Below, piece after piece: positions 9,174 to 19,515 of a stretch of DNA of 64,000 nucleotides; positions within the stretch are counted from its first letter, which is position 1; the number at the start of each line of letters is the position of its first letter. Origin of the DNA: a bacterium (GTDB lineage: Bacteria; JACRDZ01; JAQUKH01). Below the pieces are notes generated by a model, which saw nothing but the letters and a program-made list of their open reading frames with translations, ran no database searches and had not been told where the DNA came from. Position numbers and translations under genes: made by a program. The stretch lies in the NCBI GenBank assembly GCA_028719205.1, contig JAQUKH010000007.1, positions 6,254 to 70,253 of the forward strand, written 5' to 3'.

Positions 9174-10942
9174 TTCAGCTTCTCCAAAAATAATATTATT
9201 TCCTGCGCTTCATGGTAGATCGCGGTTCTCCATCCCTGTTCGGGCTCAACGGGGCTGAATTTAATAAAATCACATTTATCCAGTATTTCTATGATTTTTT
9301 TCTGCGCGTCTTCTGAAATATTTTTTTCTTTAAGTATGTCCCTTAAAGTTTCTGAGGTAAGCCCCATTTCAGCAATGTTCAGCTTATCTCCGATAAAGCC
9401 CAGGATAGATCTTGTAATTAAATGGCAATATTCATTTTTGTCGCCCGTGTTCATTATTTTTTTAGCTTCTTTAAGTCTTTTTCGCACAAGCTTGCCGGCT
9501 CTTCTGTCTCTCTTATAAACCGGATTAAATTCCACTTGCTCATTATGCCTGGAATAAACCCTTGCGAACAAAAATAATAAAAACGGTAAACCTATCGCCG
9601 TAATTATCAAAGGACTCTTAATAAATATTGGCTCTGTTTTTAAATTCACATCTGATTTTACAGGCCGGATATCTTTTGTAATAAGCTTGACTTCTTCTTT
9701 AATAGTAGAAGTATTCAATAGATATTCTTTAGCAGCTTCTTCTACCGCACCCGGTTTAACCGTAATGGGGATATTCTTGGTCTTTAAAGTAATATATTTT
9801 TCTATGTCAGGATTAAAATATGTAAAATTAATTTCCGGAATGGTCATCTTCCCCGGTTTTTTCGCTATTAAATAATATTCGTAAGTTTTGTCTCCCTGAA
9901 CTGTATAATCTGCTTTTTTTATATTATCCGAACTTCCCGCAGGATAAACCTTGAAATCATCCGGCAATCCCAGATCCGGTTCACTGACCGCTTTTATATT
10001 GCCTTTCCCTTTTATTTTAACGTAATAGTTAACAGGTTTGCCTGCTTCGACCTCATTTGTATTAATTTCACTGTCAATATTGTAGACACCCACGGCTCCT
10101 TTAAAATCTGAAGGTTTACCTTCCGGCAGAGGCAATACATCAATAGTTATCGGTTCTGTTTTTAAAACAATTGACTGTGTGCCGGACATATAATCAAATA
10201 TATCTCCCCTCATATATTTAACTGTAGCCGGGCCTATAGTTAACCTGCCAACGGTTGCCGGAAAAAGCGCGGTTTTTATTTCAGTAACAAGATATTGGCT
10301 ACCGTCCCTATTCTCATAATAATTAATTTGCGGAGGCAGATCTTCCGACCAGAAACCGGTTTTTTCAGGGGGTATATATTCAGGCTCTCCATAAATCCTG
10401 ATTTTTGTAAGAAATCTAAAGGTAAGAGTTATTTGTTCATTCAAATATATTCTTTTTTTGTTAATGCCGGTTTCTATGAAAACATTTTCACCGCTGCTTC
10501 TGCTTTCTCCTGTTAAAGTTTTAGGATGCACATTACTTCCTGCCTCATGTTTTTTCCCTGAAGGTAAAACTTCGATTGAAATAGGCTCGGTTTTATAGAT
10601 CTTTTTTCCAAAAGGAACTTCGACCGGGCCTATAACAAATTTCCCTTCTTTTTTCGGCGCAAGGACGTAATTAAAACTTGTAGACGCCGACATGGCACCG
10701 TTAATAATAGAAATGCTCTGTGACCGGCCGGATGAATACACATCAAATTCTTTTAATTGAGGCAGTTTGGGATCTGGTATTGATCTTTCATTCCCATTGA
10801 TATCAATGGTCAAAATTATCATTTCATCAAGTGTTATTTCTTTATTATCCACCCTGGCGGAAATAGAGATTTCCTGCGCAATAACTCTAATGGATATTAA
10901 ACAAAACAAAAATAATAAAACATAAATGACTTTTGGCCTCAT
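9158..10942 (-). CDS. batD: BatD-like oxygen-tolerance protein
   Basis: Large secreted protein with a C-terminal TM segment, at the BatD position of the operon. I prefer the ATG at 10942, which gives MRPKVIYVLLFLFCLISIRVIAQE as a signal peptide and sits 4 nt after the batC stop. The ORF track extends to 10999. Confidence 0.7.
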   Translation of the reverse strand: MRPKVIYVLLFLFCLISIRVIAQEISISARVDNKEITLDEMIILTIDINGNERSIPDPKLPQLKEFDVYSSGRSQSISIINGAMSASTSFNYVLAPKKEGKFVIGPVEVPFGKKIYKTEPISIEVLPSGKKHEAGSNVHPKTLTGESRSSGENVFIETGINKKRIYLNEQITLTFRFLTKIRIYGEPEYIPPEKTGFWSEDLPPQINYYENRDGSQYLVTEIKTALFPATVGRLTIGPATVKYMRGDIFDYMSGTQSIVLKTEPITIDVLPLPEGKPSDFKGAVGVYNIDSEINTNEVEAGKPVNYYVKIKGKGNIKAVSEPDLGLPDDFKVYPAGSSDNIKKADYTVQGDKTYEYYLIAKKPGKMTIPEINFTYFNPDIEKYITLKTKNIPITVKPGAVEEAAKEYLLNTSTIKEEVKLITKDIRPVKSDVNLKTEPIFIKSPLIITAIGLPFLLFLFARVYSRHNEQVEFNPVYKRDRRAGKLVRKRLKEAKKIMNTGDKNEYCHLITRSILGFIGDKLNIAEMGLTSETLRDILKEKNISEDAQKKIIEILDKCDFIKFSPVEPEQGWRTAIYHEAQEIILFLEKLKWQKN

Positions 10943-10946
10943 GTTA

Positions 10947-11774
10947 TTACCAATCATATCTGACTTTTTCTTCCTTATTATTAAATTCATCTTTTTCATT
11001 CAAATTCTGTTTAAGTTTCTTTTCATCTTGTTTTATCGCGTCTAATATCTGTTTAGCTTGTTCCCGTTTTGCTTTTTCCTCAGGGGTATTTTTATCTTTT
11101 TTATCATTTTCCGGTTTGCTATTTTTATTATCATTGCCTTGTTTAGGCTTTTTTTCTTCTTTATTTTCCTGTTTTTGTTTATTTTCTTCCTTTGATTCTT
11201 TGTCTTTTTTATTTTCCTGATTCTCTTGTTTTTGTTTCCCGCCTGCTTTTTGTTTGTCCTGCTGTTGCTTATCCTTCTTATCCTGTTTATCCTGCTTATC
11301 TTTTTTATCTTCTTCGGGTTTATCCTGTTTCTGCTGTTGTTTTTTCTCTAGTTTTTTCTTTATTAATTCAATATTATATTCCGCATCCTGATCCGTAGAA
11401 TCAATTTTGAGAGTTTCCTCATAAGATTTAATGGCTTCTTCCAGTTTGTCCTGCCGGTATAAAGTGTTTCCAATATTATAATAAGCCTTTTTCCGGATAT
11501 TATTATCCTTGGATTGTAATGCCTTTTTAAACGTATTTTCCGCTTCATCATATCTTTCTAAACGGTAAAGAATATTGCCTTTATTGTAATTAATATCCGC
11601 TTTATAAGGATAATCTATTTGAAGGTCCTGATATATATCCAAAGCTCCGGAATATTCCTCTTTCTTATACAAATTATTGGCTTTTTTCTTCCTCAGGAAA
11701 GAAGGCATGCTCCAGCCGGAACATATAAATAAAGCCACAATAATTATTGAAAGAACGCGCGAATATTTTTTCAT
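10947..11774 (-). CDS. batC: BatC-like TPR protein with a long K/D/E/Q-rich C-terminal tail
   Basis: N-terminal signal or anchor, TPR repeats (YNKGNILYRLERYDEAENTFKKAL, YYNIGNTLYRQDKLEEAIKSYEETL), then about 130 aa of KDKQDKQDKKDKQQQDKQK-type low complexity. Confidence 0.7.
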   Translation of the reverse strand: MKKYSRVLSIIIVALFICSGWSMPSFLRKKKANNLYKKEEYSGALDIYQDLQIDYPYKADINYNKGNILYRLERYDEAENTFKKALQSKDNNIRKKAYYNIGNTLYRQDKLEEAIKSYEETLKIDSTDQDAEYNIELIKKKLEKKQQQKQDKPEEDKKDKQDKQDKKDKQQQDKQKAGGKQKQENQENKKDKESKEENKQKQENKEEKKPKQGNDNKNSKPENDKKDKNTPEEKAKREQAKQILDAIKQDEKKLKQNLNEKDEFNNKEEKVRYDW

Positions 11775-12802
11775 TCAAAACTCCCGAGCCATTCTTTTTT
11801 GATATCTTTCCGTTCTATTATTAAAAACTCGATCATTAACAGGAAAATAACAATAAATAACAAGAATTGGTAACGGTCTTCATATTCAAATCCCAATTTA
11901 TCTTCAAATTCTTTTTTTTCCATGGAAGATATTTCTTTATAAATTTTTTCAAGTTCAATACCTGTATTTGAACTGCGGTAATACTTTCCTCCTGTTTTGG
12001 AGGCGATATTCTGAAGCGTAACTTCATCTAATTTACTCAAAACTATCTGTCCCGAATCGTCTTTTTTATAACCGGTAATTTTTCCATCGCCGTCCCTGAG
12101 CGGTATCGGTTCGCCTGCCCCTGACCCAATGCCGATGGTATAGATTTTTATGCCCTCTGAAGCCGCTTTTTCCGCCATTTCGATAGAATTTCCTTCGTGA
12201 TCTTCCCCATCCGTGAGAAGGATCATCGTTTTATATTTTTTTTGTCCTTTTGGATACGAATCTATCGCCTGCGATATTGCTCTGCCAAGATTTGTACCTG
12301 ATTGCGCGACACTTTTGGTATCTATTATTTCCAGAAACATCCTGGCGGCGTCGTAATCCAATGTTAAGGGACATTGAGTAAAGGCCTCTCCTGAAAATAC
12401 TATTATTCCGATCTGATCACCCTGCAAAATATCCATTAAATTCTTTATTTCCATTTTAGCGCGTTCTAATCTGTTAGGTTTAAGGTCTTCCGCAAGCATA
12501 CTTAAGGATGTATCAACCGCGATGATCAGATCAATACCGGTTCGTTTTAATTCGATCACCTTCTTGCCAAATTGCGGGCGAGAAAGAATAATAATGAATA
12601 TAAAGAACACCATACTTAAAATTACCGCTTTTAAATAGATCCGGCCCTGATTTAAATTGGGCGCTAATTTAGCTATGAGGCGGTAATCCGCGAACTCTTC
12701 ATATAAAGAGCGTTTCCTTTTGAACGCGTAATAATAAAACGCAAAAAGGATTATCAGGATAACCGGTAAAAAAAACAGTATTAAAGGATATTTAAATCTC
12801 AT
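11771..12802 (-). CDS. batB: BatB-like membrane-anchored von Willebrand factor A protein
   Basis: Two N-terminal TM segments and a vWA MIDAS motif AVDTSLSM, plus ILLTDGEDHEG. It overlaps batC by 4 nt. Confidence 0.8.
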   Translation of the reverse strand: MRFKYPLILFFLPVILIILFAFYYYAFKRKRSLYEEFADYRLIAKLAPNLNQGRIYLKAVILSMVFFIFIIILSRPQFGKKVIELKRTGIDLIIAVDTSLSMLAEDLKPNRLERAKMEIKNLMDILQGDQIGIIVFSGEAFTQCPLTLDYDAARMFLEIIDTKSVAQSGTNLGRAISQAIDSYPKGQKKYKTMILLTDGEDHEGNSIEMAEKAASEGIKIYTIGIGSGAGEPIPLRDGDGKITGYKKDDSGQIVLSKLDEVTLQNIASKTGGKYYRSSNTGIELEKIYKEISSMEKKEFEDKLGFEYEDRYQFLLFIVIFLLMIEFLIIERKDIKKEWLGSFE

Positions 12803-12892
12803 ATTAACTCAAGTTTATCCCCTACGAGGATAACAATGACTAGAAGCGGAAAGAACCTGGCTTTCAGCCAGAACCTTCCACTTAAGTCTTGT

Positions 12893-13885
12893 TTATGGTA
12901 TTTTTAAAAATATCGTTTGTCCTAAGATCAATTCCACCGCCAGAATCGCGAAAGCGGGAATAAGAAAATAACGGAACAACTCATCGTATCTTTTATATTC
13001 TTTTCTTTTAATGATCGTTTTTTCCATCTTATCTATCTGTTTGTATATTTCAAACAATTTATTTTCACTATCCGCCCTGAAATACAATCCTCCAGTCAGC
13101 TCCGCGATCTGTTTTAGAATATTTTCATCCAGCTCATTTGGAACTGTCACATATCTTTTTCCGAAAAAAGGATCATTAACAGGGAAAAGCCCGCCTTCAG
13201 GCTTACCGACTCCGATCGTATATATTTTAATACCCATCGTTTTTGCCAGATTAGCAGCTGTAACAGGATCAATTTCACCCGTGTTATTCCGCCCGTCTGT
13301 CAACAGAATGATCACTTTACTTTTCGCGTTTGAATCCCGCAATCTATTAACAGAAGTGGCTATCCCCATTCCTATGGCAGTACCGTCTTTTATCATTCCA
13401 AGTTCTACCCTGTCCACAAGTTTTAATAAAAGATTATAGTCCAGGGTTAAAGGGCATTGCGTAAAACTCTGGCTTGAAAAGACCACAAGGCCCTGCCGGT
13501 CATTTTCTCTTCCTTTAATAAAATTTTTTATTACTTCCTTAGCCACACCTAATCTGTTTTTTGGTTTAAAATCCTCTGAACTCATAGTCCCCGATATATC
13601 TAATGTTAAAATTATATCGACACCCTCCGTATTTATTTCTTCTGAACTCGACCCCATTTGCGGCCTTGCCAAAGCAATAATACAAAGAATAATAACAAGA
13701 ATACGGCTAAGATCCAGTAATTTCCTGTAAAATATCTTATTCTGGGATCCCAATTCCTTAAATATCCCAAAACTGGAATATCTTATGGTTGCCTGCTTTT
13801 TTATCCGGTATTTCTGATAATAATAGATTAAAAATGGAATAAAAATAAGCAATATTAAATAATAAGGATTCGCGAACCTAAACAT
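12893..13885 (-). CDS. batA: BatA-like membrane-anchored von Willebrand factor A protein
   Basis: N-terminal TM segments, MIDAS TLDISGTM, IILLTDGRNNTG and a C-terminal TM segment. Confidence 0.8.
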   Translation of the reverse strand: MFRFANPYYLILLIFIPFLIYYYQKYRIKKQATIRYSSFGIFKELGSQNKIFYRKLLDLSRILVIILCIIALARPQMGSSSEEINTEGVDIILTLDISGTMSSEDFKPKNRLGVAKEVIKNFIKGRENDRQGLVVFSSQSFTQCPLTLDYNLLLKLVDRVELGMIKDGTAIGMGIATSVNRLRDSNAKSKVIILLTDGRNNTGEIDPVTAANLAKTMGIKIYTIGVGKPEGGLFPVNDPFFGKRYVTVPNELDENILKQIAELTGGLYFRADSENKLFEIYKQIDKMEKTIIKRKEYKRYDELFRYFLIPAFAILAVELILGQTIFLKIP

Positions 13886-14462
13886 TGCTGTTTATCTCCG
13901 ATTGAGCTTTAGTATTTTCATTTACCGCAATATTTATTATTTCCCGGGCCTGGGCAAGCATTTTATCAGGATCTTCCGCCGGAGGGACATATTTCGCGAA
14001 CTTCACCAGGTCGCAATCAAAAAGAAAATTCTGGATAATTCCAACTTTATCACTAAATATATTTTTATTTTTTAATTCTATTACTAATTCATATGTAGTA
14101 CGGTCAAGGGCGGATATTTTGTATTTAGCTTCAAAATAATCACGGATAATTTCAGATATTATTGTATAGAACTCTTTATACCTTCCCTGTTCTATGAGTT
14201 TAGATTCCCTTAGTTTATTAATCCTATCCATCGCTATTACCTCAGGCGGTAAAACCTGCTTTTTTTCTTCTTTAATATTTATTTTTTTCTTTCGTAAGAC
14301 AAAAAACAGTAAGAAAAATATAATTATGGCCAATAATATAATTAAATATTTATAATTAAAATCATAGGCTATGATATCCTTTATATCTTTTATGTCCTCA
14401 TCCCCCGACAAACCTGTCTGGTTAATTAAAATTGTTAAAATAAGATCTGTAAAATCTTTCAT
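13878..14462 (-). CDS. Small single-TM protein of the Bat operon (DUF4381-like position)
   Basis: 194 aa with a central TM segment (LIILLAIIIFFLLFFVL). It sits between the DUF58 and BatA genes, as in Bat operons, and overlaps batA by 8 nt. Confidence 0.5.
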   Translation of the reverse strand: MKDFTDLILTILINQTGLSGDEDIKDIKDIIAYDFNYKYLIILLAIIIFFLLFFVLRKKKINIKEEKKQVLPPEVIAMDRINKLRESKLIEQGRYKEFYTIISEIIRDYFEAKYKISALDRTTYELVIELKNKNIFSDKVGIIQNFLFDCDLVKFAKYVPPAEDPDKMLAQAREIINIAVNENTKAQSEINSNV

Positions 14463-14493
14463 ATTATAATTTAACCTTCCGCATAACTTAAGT

Positions 14494-15372
14494 TTAACGG
14501 AATCTTCTGGCTCTGCGTTTAAAAAATGATATTAAGGATTTAATATAAGGAACATCAGTTGAAATTTCTATAAAATCAATACCCATAGACTTGAATAAAC
14601 TATTCCTTTTTGCCTGCATTCGCAATGCTATATCCGAGTATTCTTTAATGAAATTTTTATCATTGCAGTCTACCAGCCTCTTTTCACCTGTCTCCGCGTC
14701 CTCGAAATAAATAAAACCATAATCAGGTAAAAACATTTCTCTCGGATCACTTAAAACTACAGCAATAACATCATGTTTTTTATTTGTTACCCTGAGAAGC
14801 TTATCATATCCGGCGGCCATAAAATCCGAAACCAAAAAAGTCACTGTTTTTCTTTTAATAACCTTGTTCAAATATTCGAGCGATATGTTAATATTAGTGG
14901 TTTTTCCCTTAGGCTTAAAATATAATATTTCCCTGATCACGCGCAAGACATGCTGCCGTCCTTTTCTTGGGGGGATAAATATTTCTACAGTATCTGTAAA
15001 AATGATAAGCCCGACTTTATCATTGTTTTTGATCGCGGAAAAGGCAAGGAGAGCGCAGATCTCAGAGGCTACTTCACCTTTCATTCTGTCTTTAGTACCA
15101 AAATTCTCTGACGCGCTGCCATCCACCAGCAGCATCACAGTCAGTTCTCTTTCTTCCACAAACTGTTTTACGAACGGATGGTTTAAACGGGCAGTAACAT
15201 TCCAGTCGATCGTCCGGATATCATCGCCGGGCTGATATTCACGGACATCAGAAAACTCCATTCCGCGGCCTTTAAAAACACTATGATATTCTCCCGAAAA
15301 AACATCATTGACCAGTTTACTGGTACGGATCTCTATTCGCCTGATTTTTTTTAATATTTCTGCAGGGATCAT
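14494..15372 (-). CDS. DUF58 family protein (vWA-like, MoxR partner)
   Basis: 292 aa with YQPGDDIRTIDWNVTAR and LLVDGSASENFG. It lies immediately downstream of the MoxR ATPase gene. Confidence 0.8.
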   Translation of the reverse strand: MIPAEILKKIRRIEIRTSKLVNDVFSGEYHSVFKGRGMEFSDVREYQPGDDIRTIDWNVTARLNHPFVKQFVEERELTVMLLVDGSASENFGTKDRMKGEVASEICALLAFSAIKNNDKVGLIIFTDTVEIFIPPRKGRQHVLRVIREILYFKPKGKTTNINISLEYLNKVIKRKTVTFLVSDFMAAGYDKLLRVTNKKHDVIAVVLSDPREMFLPDYGFIYFEDAETGEKRLVDCNDKNFIKEYSDIALRMQAKRNSLFKSMGIDFIEISTDVPYIKSLISFFKRRARRFR

Positions 15373-15377
15373 TTTAT

Positions 15378-16376
15378 TTAAGGGACTTCTATGTTATCAA
15401 GGATCTGCTGAATAATATTTTCCGACTTTATCTCTTCAGCCTCAGCTTCATATGTAAGTATTATCCTGTGCCTTAACACATCATAAGAGATCATCTTGAC
15501 ATCTTCGGGAGTAACATACCCTCTGCCCCGTAAAAAAGCATGCGCCCGGCTTGCGGTATTGAGAAAAATAGTCGCCCTTGGAGATGCTCCGAAGGCTATA
15601 AGATTTTTTATCTTCAGGCCATATTTTTCAGGCTCTCTGGTCGCCATTGTAATATTTACAATGTAATCCTTTACCTTTTCATCCATATATATTTCGTACA
15701 TTAAAGAACGCGCGCGCAGGATTTCTCTTGGTTCAATAACTTTTTTTATTTCGATAGTATTTCCCGAAGTCATCCGCTCCATTATTGTCTTCTCTTCGCT
15801 TTTATCAGGATAATTCACCTTCAGTTTTAGCATAAAACGGTCAATTTGAGCTTCCGGCAAAGGATATGTCCCCTCCTGTTCAATAGGATTCTGGGTTGCT
15901 AACACAAGAAAAGGTTCTTCCAGCTTAAAAGTATCCTGTCCAATAGTAACCTGGCGCTCCTGCATCGCCTCTAAAAGCGCGCTTTGAACTTTCGCCGGAG
16001 CGCGGTTAATCTCATCCGCTAAAATAATATTAGCGAATACCGGCCCTTTTTTGACGGAAAAACACCCGTCTTTTGGATTATAGATCAAGGTCCCGATAAG
16101 ATCCGCCGGCAGAAGATCAGGGGTAAATTGAATTCTCTGGAATTTTGTCTGTATAGCGTCCGACAGGGTTTTCACGGCAAGTGTCTTTGCAAGCCCGGGA
16201 ACTCCTTCAATTAATATATGCCCATTTCCTAATAACCCGATAATCAGCCTTTCAATTAAATACTTCTGCCCGACTATAACCCTGCCTATTTCAGAAATCA
16301 AAGACTGTACAAAAATACTTTCTTCCTTGATTTTTTCATTCAATAATCTGATATCAGTGTTCATGTCCTTCTCCAT
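15378..16376 (-). CDS. moxR: MoxR-family AAA+ ATPase
   Basis: Walker A GVPGLAKT, Walker B IILADEINRAPAK, and LATQNPIEQEGTYPLPEAQIDRF, which is typical of MoxR. Confidence 0.9.
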   Translation of the reverse strand: MEKDMNTDIRLLNEKIKEESIFVQSLISEIGRVIVGQKYLIERLIIGLLGNGHILIEGVPGLAKTLAVKTLSDAIQTKFQRIQFTPDLLPADLIGTLIYNPKDGCFSVKKGPVFANIILADEINRAPAKVQSALLEAMQERQVTIGQDTFKLEEPFLVLATQNPIEQEGTYPLPEAQIDRFMLKLKVNYPDKSEEKTIMERMTSGNTIEIKKVIEPREILRARSLMYEIYMDEKVKDYIVNITMATREPEKYGLKIKNLIAFGASPRATIFLNTASRAHAFLRGRGYVTPEDVKMISYDVLRHRIILTYEAEAEEIKSENIIQQILDNIEVP

Positions 16377-17308
16377 TATTTTTTTCCATTCATATTGATA
16401 TATAAATTTTCAATACTGTCAATTATATTTCTCCTGACTTTTAATATTTTTTTATCTTTATTTCCCATTGTATAAACCAGGTTATTCTTTATTTCCCCAA
16501 AGTTAAGATCAACCGGCTCACCCTGATCCATATAAATTTTTATTTTTTGGAGGGGATCATCCAATCCATATTCTTTCAGATCCCGGGAACTTCCATCTAT
16601 GAATTCTTCCACTGATATATTCCCCAATTCCTCAATCACATTTTGAATATCATGGTCCAAACCTTTTTCCGCTGAATTCGCGACTATCCAGGTATTCTCC
16701 TTATTTTTTTCAATAGCATAATTACCTTTATTTTTTATAGTTATTTCTATTTTTTTTATTTTTTCTTCTGCAATCCTCAAAAATTCTTTACCCCTCAGAT
16801 CGGATAAACTCTTTTTTATCATCTTATCAATACTGGCGGTATTAACTGTGAATATATTATTTTTATCCTCTTCTTTTACAAAATAAAATTCTTCCGTCGG
16901 ATTTTTCTCTCCGATAAGTAAAGTATGATATTCATTTCCTATACTGAATTTTATTTTATATTTTGGAATAGATAAACCATATTTTTTAAAATTTTGGACT
17001 TCTTCAGTTACGTCCCTATTGGCCGATAATTTAGCCAGTTCGGAAATTATTCCATCAATTGTATTTTTAGACGCGCTTATTTCAATAGGTTTTACCATTT
17101 TCCAATCTTTGTCTTTTTTTAACTGGAAACTTGATTTATCCGACATATCTGTCAATTCCAAAGTATTAATATCATCTTTATTAACATTAAATATGTATAT
17201 TTTTTTTTCTTCCGCTGTATCAGGTTTTTTCTTTTCAACAAGAAAATAGTAACCGATAAAACCTACAAAAAGAATAAAGATCACAATCGTCGATCTAAAT
17301 TGCTTCAT
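16376..17308 (-). CDS. DUF4340-like protein (accessory to the GldG-type ABC system)
   Basis: N-terminal TM anchor, then a soluble K/E-rich repeat domain. I prefer the ATG at 17308..17306 (MKQFRSTIVIFILFVGF). It has an AAGGAG RBS and overlaps the gldG-like stop as ATGA. The track start is 17377. Confidence 0.6.
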   Translation of the reverse strand: MKQFRSTIVIFILFVGFIGYYFLVEKKKPDTAEEKKIYIFNVNKDDINTLELTDMSDKSSFQLKKDKDWKMVKPIEISASKNTIDGIISELAKLSANRDVTEEVQNFKKYGLSIPKYKIKFSIGNEYHTLLIGEKNPTEEFYFVKEEDKNNIFTVNTASIDKMIKKSLSDLRGKEFLRIAEEKIKKIEITIKNKGNYAIEKNKENTWIVANSAEKGLDHDIQNVIEELGNISVEEFIDGSSRDLKEYGLDDPLQKIKIYMDQGEPVDLNFGEIKNNLVYTMGNKDKKILKVRRNIIDSIENLYINMNGKK

Positions 17309-18780
17309 AAACTTCTCCTTTTCCACCAGATCACTCCGCCAATCCCGGCAACCAAAAGCGGAACAAAAGCTAAACATATTATTAGAACTATTTTTGACTG
17401 GCTTTTTGTCAGGTTTATCTTTTTAAAATCCATTATTAACGGGCGAATACTTACTTTCTCTGTATCACCCACCAGCCAATTAACAGAATTCATGAACAGG
17501 TCGACATTACCCACGCTGTTAGTCATCCGGTTAGTCGCAAAATCAGAGTCTCCGATTACCACTAATTTAGCCCTTGGCGGAATATAACCTAAATTTTCAT
17601 CATCAGATACAGTTGTATCAGGACTATCAATTTTCTTATTTTTCGCTTCAACCGCAACAGCCATGGTTAAAGGGCCTTTTACATCATTTTTTTCAAATAC
17701 AGTTTTTTTATTTTCAAAATCCTTCTCCGCCCAGCTTCTTTCACTGGTCCTTAATAAAGGCCAAACCTCCAAACTATCTGATGCGGTATCAAGTTTACTT
17801 ACAGTTCTGGCCGTGGGGAAAACCGCGCTGATCTTAGCGTCTAACAGCTCATTGGTTATATTATGTGAAATAAATATTGGTATGGGAGTTAATGGATCAT
17901 AAAAATATGATAATTCCGGGTCAATAATAATATCACTATCTATTTTTACGCCCCATTTTATAAGTAATTTGTACAACCCCTCAGACGCGGCAACATTTGG
18001 ATCCAGCATAATAAATACCTTGCCGCCTTTTTTCAAATAACTGTCAATTGCCTTTAATTCGCGATCCAATAACTGTAATTTTGGCCCGGGTATTACCAAA
18101 ACAGTATTTTCCACCGGCAACTCAGGCTCAGTTGTTAAATTAATTGATTTTACTTCGTAATTTTCTCTGATCAGGTAATCCTGAACTTTCGATAGGCCGC
18201 CTTCTTCCATATTGCTGACCAAATGTTCGTTATGCCCGATTATAAAATATATATTTTTTTTCTTTTGACTGGTAACCTTCATAATGTTGTCTGTAACAAC
18301 CACTTCCCCGTTAAATTTTGGCGACTCTCCATGCCCCATCATTCCAAATCCAAAATCAAAAAGTTCTTTTTGCCCAACCTGTGACTTCATTTTTTCACAT
18401 TCAAAAACAACGGTCCCGTATTGAGTAACTTTATACTGATTCGCTAAAGACGGGTCTTTATCCACATCAATATTCTTTATCTTGATAAATTCAGATTTAC
18501 GGGCATATTGTTTTAAAAGGTCATTCATCATTTCATTCTGAGGGTCTCCCTCTTTGGAAAAAAGATGAATGGTCACTTCTTTTTTTAAATTTTTCAATAT
18601 CTTCAATGTCTGGGGTGTTAAAGTAAATTTATTGTTTTCGGTCAGATCGTATTGTTTACTGTAACGGGGTAATATCGCGTTTATAATAAATACTATACCA
18701 ATGACACTTATCGTTAAAATAAGGGCGTTGATCCCATATTTATACCTTCGGACTTTAGAATATTTATTAATATCACTCAT
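17305..18780 (-). CDS. GldG-like ABC-transport auxiliary protein
   Basis: 491 aa with N- and C-terminal TM anchors and a large extracytoplasmic domain. It follows the ABC-2 permease and ATPase genes, the classic GldA/F/G arrangement. Confidence 0.7.
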   Translation of the reverse strand: MSDINKYSKVRRYKYGINALILTISVIGIVFIINAILPRYSKQYDLTENNKFTLTPQTLKILKNLKKEVTIHLFSKEGDPQNEMMNDLLKQYARKSEFIKIKNIDVDKDPSLANQYKVTQYGTVVFECEKMKSQVGQKELFDFGFGMMGHGESPKFNGEVVVTDNIMKVTSQKKKNIYFIIGHNEHLVSNMEEGGLSKVQDYLIRENYEVKSINLTTEPELPVENTVLVIPGPKLQLLDRELKAIDSYLKKGGKVFIMLDPNVAASEGLYKLLIKWGVKIDSDIIIDPELSYFYDPLTPIPIFISHNITNELLDAKISAVFPTARTVSKLDTASDSLEVWPLLRTSERSWAEKDFENKKTVFEKNDVKGPLTMAVAVEAKNKKIDSPDTTVSDDENLGYIPPRAKLVVIGDSDFATNRMTNSVGNVDLFMNSVNWLVGDTEKVSIRPLIMDFKKINLTKSQSKIVLIICLAFVPLLVAGIGGVIWWKRRSL

Positions 18781-18799
18781 TAGAAATATACCTCCCTAT

Positions 18800-19513
18800 T
18801 TATTTCCATCTTTTTGCCTCTGTTACCTGATTTGCTAAAAATACAAATACAAAGCTGAAACTTAAATAATAAAAAATATCACCGAGATCAATTATACCTT
18901 TTTCAAAAGAGTTAAGATGCTCAGTTAAGGATAATGATGTTAAAATATTTTTCGCCCATTCAACCGGAACAAAGGTTGTTGCCCAGCTGATCAGCCAAAG
19001 TATTAAAAGCAATCCAAAACTGATAATCGCGGCAACGATCTGATTTTCTGTCAAGGAAGAGGCAAATAACCCCACTGCTATGAACGAGGAACCAAAAAGA
19101 AAAAAACCAAGATAGCTTGAATAAATCGGGCCCATATCCGGTTTACTGTACATTTTTAATATAATCGGGAATTCAATTGTTAAAATAAGCATTATCAGAT
19201 AAAGCGTTATCGTAGCAAAATATTTGCCGAGAATAATATCGTAATTTGTCAATGGTGAGGTAAACAGGAGCTCATCTGTGCCTAATTTTTTTTCTTCCGA
19301 TAACAGGCGCATAGTTAAAATGGGAGCTACTATAAGCAGTATAAATTTTAAATTTTCAAATAATCCCCGCAGATTCGCTTCCTTGGTATAAAAAAGTACT
19401 ACAGAAAAAAAATATCCGGCTGTGATCAGAAAAATACAGCCTACAATATACGCGACAGGCGACACAAAAAAAGCTTTCATTTCTTTTTGATATATCGGAT
19501 ATATCTTCCTCAT
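18800..19513 (-). CDS. ABC-2 type transporter permease (GldF-like)
   Basis: 237 aa with six predicted TM segments, directly downstream of the ATPase gene. Confidence 0.75.
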   Translation of the reverse strand: MRKIYPIYQKEMKAFFVSPVAYIVGCIFLITAGYFFSVVLFYTKEANLRGLFENLKFILLIVAPILTMRLLSEEKKLGTDELLFTSPLTNYDIILGKYFATITLYLIMLILTIEFPIILKMYSKPDMGPIYSSYLGFFLFGSSFIAVGLFASSLTENQIVAAIISFGLLLILWLISWATTFVPVEWAKNILTSLSLTEHLNSFEKGIIDLGDIFYYLSFSFVFVFLANQVTEAKRWK

Positions 19514-19515
19514 TT

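Noticed and set aside
10933-11398. + strand ORFs 10933..11220 and 11192..11398
   Set aside because: They are antisense translations of the lysine-rich low-complexity tail of batC, giving Phe/Ser/Leu-rich products. This is a compositional artefact.
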